Part shown: positions 26,868 through 28,737 of the stretch, piece by piece
How positions within the stretch are numbered: position 1 is the stretch's first letter
How the letters are laid out: every line of letters begins with the position of its first letter
Virus record (IMG/VR): IMGVR_UViG_3300031647_000045
Location: 1-28,737 of that record
DNA: 28,737 nt
Strand: one strand, 5' to 3'
Origin: a virus
Taxonomy: Duplodnaviria > Caudoviricetes
The notes under the pieces: model-generated
Database searches by the model: none
What the model was told of the DNA's origin: nothing
The model's input: only the letters and a program-made list of their open reading frames with translations
Position numbers and translations under genes: made by a program

Positions 26868-27308
26868 TTATCTGTCTTTATCTTTTATCATATCATCTAT
26901 AGATTTATTAAAAACCTTGTCAGTATATGTTTTGTTATTATAGAAAACACTTCTCTCGGAAGTAGGTAAATCTTCTTCACCTAGTAGAACTCTATATATT
27001 CTACTTATTATTTGTGAGCATTTAAACGATGTCTTAAATACAGAATACTTTATAGTTGTTCTGTTTCTGTGTCTCCACGTTTCAATCCATCCTGCTTTCT
27101 TAAGTTTCACCCAACGATTGTTATCCCAACTCATTGTGTAGGTACCATCCTTAAAACCTTGTCGTGTAAATCTTCCTTTACAATCTAAGTAAATTAACAG
27201 TTCTAAATCTGCATCTGTTAACCCGTAAGTCTTACAAGCCCACTTTCTAGTGAGCCTATAGTACTTCAGTATGTTCATTTCTCGTAAATCTTGTGCTGTT
27301 AGTCTCAA
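26868..27308 (-). CDS. Putative winged-helix (MarR-like) DNA-binding regulator
   Basis: 146 aa, TTG start; YGLTDADLELLIYL...FTRQ...KLKKAGWIE...wing...TSFK pattern; basic. Confidence 0.55.
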   Translation of the reverse strand: MRLTAQDLREMNILKYYRLTRKWACKTYGLTDADLELLIYLDCKGRFTRQGFKDGTYTMSWDNNRWVKLKKAGWIETWRHRNRTTIKYSVFKTSFKCSQIISRIYRVLLGEEDLPTSERSVFYNNKTYTDKVFNKSIDDMIKDKDR

Positions 27309-27328
27309 AGTGCAGGTTTATTGGTCTA

Positions 27329-27356
27329 TATCTAATATCACATGTAACGGTGATAT
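27329..27356 (-). promoter_or_regulatory. Candidate promoter (TGTGATATTAGATA) overlapped by inverted repeat ATATCAC-N8-GTGATAT
   Basis: Lies in the 54-bp gap before the wHTH gene. Repeat arms at 27335..27341 and 27350..27356; motif shared with 4601..4614. Confidence 0.45.
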
Positions 27357-27362
27357 AATAAG

Positions 27363-27620
27363 TTATTCCACTAGCACTACATCTCTAGCCTGTATGACTT
27401 GATACAGAACGTCTTTAAAAGAAATAGCATGTCCAGCATGTTTGTCATAGAATACAATATCTCCATCCTTCAAGCCTTCAACTAGATTTCCAGTGGATAT
27501 TATATTTGCTTTGACGTATCTGTTGTCAACATCGGTATCGTCTGTCATTATAAGTCCAGCAACCGTCTTAGGCTCTGCTTTTATCTTATCGACTACTATA
27601 TAGTTATTGATTGCTTTCAT
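27363..27620 (-). CDS. groES: Co-chaperonin GroES (Cpn10)
   Basis: Likely start at ATG 27620 (TAATG overlap with the groEL stop), 85 aa: MKAINNYIVV, mobile loop KTVAGLIM, LKDGDIVFY, VIQARDVVLVE. Confidence 0.88.
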   Translation of the reverse strand: MKAINNYIVVDKIKAEPKTVAGLIMTDDTDVDNRYVKANIISTGNLVEGLKDGDIVFYDKHAGHAISFKDVLYQVIQARDVVLVE

Positions 27621-28737
27621 TAGTCTCTCATGTTTGAAATTACACAATCAGCGGATATGATGGTAAGAACTACACTCACAGCATTTTTCAGCGCAGACTT
27701 GGTTACAAGTACCGGGTCTATTATCCCAGCGTCAATCATCTTAACTCTTTCACCAGTTATACAGTCGATACCGTAACCCTCATGGTCTTCCGTACCTTCC
27801 ATGATGTGGATGCCAGCATTATGAAGGACTGTATGGAAAGGAGCCATAATAGCTTTCATTAGTATCTTTTCACCAACCGCTTTAGCGGAGATTTTCTGAG
27901 AGGCATTAAGTAAGGCCACACCTCCTCCTGAAACAATACCTTCTTGCAAAGCAGCTTTAGTTGCATAGATAGCGTCTTCTATTCTATCTTTCTTTTCTTT
28001 AAGCTCAACCTTTGAATCAGCACCCACTTTAATGATACCTACAGATCCTGATAACATCGCTAATCTTTGTTGATGCTTCTTTTGTATAAACGGGTTCTTA
28101 TCCCATTCTTTTATAGTTTTCTTAATACTAGCCATTCTCTCCTCCATCGCCTCCTCAGGTGTATCTATAGTTAGCACAGTGTTCTTGTCGTCAGTTATAG
28201 CGCTATAGGCTTGTCCTAAGCAATTTATATCTATAAGATCTAAATCATCACCTAACTGTTCGTTAATCACCTTAGCGCCTACTAGAAACGCTAAATCAGC
28301 TACCGTGTCATCTTTAGTGGGACCAAAGCCTGGTAAGTCGATTATATTGATCTTTATGTTACCTTTAACCTTGTTCATAAGTAAAGCAGCTTTAACTTGT
28401 TGTTCGACAGGAGCTACTATAAGTAGTGGTCGCTTAGCCTTTATAACATGTTCAAGTACTGTTTGTATTTTTCTTACGTTAGGGATTTCTGAAGACACTA
28501 TTAATACTAATGGGTTGTCAAGCTCAGCGATCTGCTTGTCCTTGTCAGTAACAAAGTGTGGAGATGTAAGTCCTGAATCTATCTGAACTCCGTCGACGAT
28601 TTCGACATACGTTTCTTCAGTTGGGGACTCTTCCATTAATACCACACCATCTTTACCTACTTTAGTATAAGCTTCCGCTATAATCTTTCCAAGCTCTTCG
28701 TCATTGTTACAACTAATAGAACTTACAGATTTCAGCA
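27620..28737 (-). CDS. groEL: Chaperonin GroEL (Cpn60), 5'-truncated by the window edge
   Basis: The frame stays open to the right edge (SISCNNDEELGKIIAEAYTKVGKDGVV). Motifs PGFG, RLAMLSG, IKVGADSKVELKEKKDRIEDA, EGIVSGGGVAL and GIIDPVLVTKSALKNAVS. Confidence 0.96.
   Translation of the reverse strand, partial: LKSVSSISCNNDEELGKIIAEAYTKVGKDGVVLMEESPTEETYVEIVDGVQIDSGLTSPHFVTDKDKQIAELDNPLVLIVSSEIPNVRKIQTVLEHVIKAKRPLLIVAPVEQQVKAALLMNKVKGNIKINIIDLPGFGPTKDDTVADLAFLVGAKVINEQLGDDLDLIDINCLGQAYSAITDDKNTVLTIDTPEEAMEERMASIKKTIKEWDKNPFIQKKHQQRLAMLSGSVGIIKVGADSKVELKEKKDRIEDAIYATKAALQEGIVSGGGVALLNASQKISAKAVGEKILMKAIMAPFHTVLHNAGIHIMEGTEDHEGYGIDCITGERVKMIDAGIIDPVLVTKSALKNAVSVVLTIISADCVISNMRD

Noticed and set aside
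27621-27647. Longer N-terminus for GroES (MCNFKHERL)
   Set aside because: GroES similarity begins at MKAINN, whose ATG overlaps the groEL stop (TAATG).
1630-28586. Numerous plus-strand ORFs of 60-196 aa in the track
   Set aside because: All lie antisense to long minus-strand genes, and most have the Ser/Leu/Phe-rich composition typical of shadow frames.
1-28737. Stop-codon reassignment as in some crAss-like phages
   Set aside because: Long genes are intact in the standard code, and TAG and TGA occur at plausible gene ends (4633, 13735, 19451, 25078; 24292).
1-28737. CRISPR arrays, tRNAs, DGR template/variable repeats, integrase or IS elements
   Set aside because: None seen. Intergenic gaps are all under about 75 bp, and no reverse transcriptase, recombinase or repeat-spacer pattern was found.

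Overview
The whole window is one co-oriented (minus-strand), densely packed virion morphogenesis region of a tailed dsDNA phage with podovirus-type, crAss-like/marine Flavobacteriia-phage architecture. A Bacteroidota host is inferred from the AT-rich leaders without Shine-Dalgarno sites. In transcription order (right to left): GroEL (5'-truncated), GroES, a winged-helix regulator, three small proteins (one an HExxH zincin), a 3TM-type holin, two small hypotheticals, a tandem GroES-like protein, small and large terminase, portal, acidic scaffold-like protein, major capsid protein, a post-capsid structural protein, two tail ring/adaptor proteins, a 2306-aa tail stabilisation-like protein, two tail accessory proteins, two probable ejected proteins, and a giant protein of more than 946 aa with an HEFAH zincin motif. 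That last ORF runs off the left edge and is missing from the ORF track. The most notable signals are a three-component phage chaperonin set (GroEL without a GGM tail, a roofless GroES and a Cpn20-like double GroES), a basic leader ending in [ST]P-x-[KRQT] shared by small and ejected proteins near a zincin, an exact 29-bp leader duplicated on both sides of the capsid gene, and a candidate promoter/operator motif. All family assignments come from motif recognition and gene order, not database searches.
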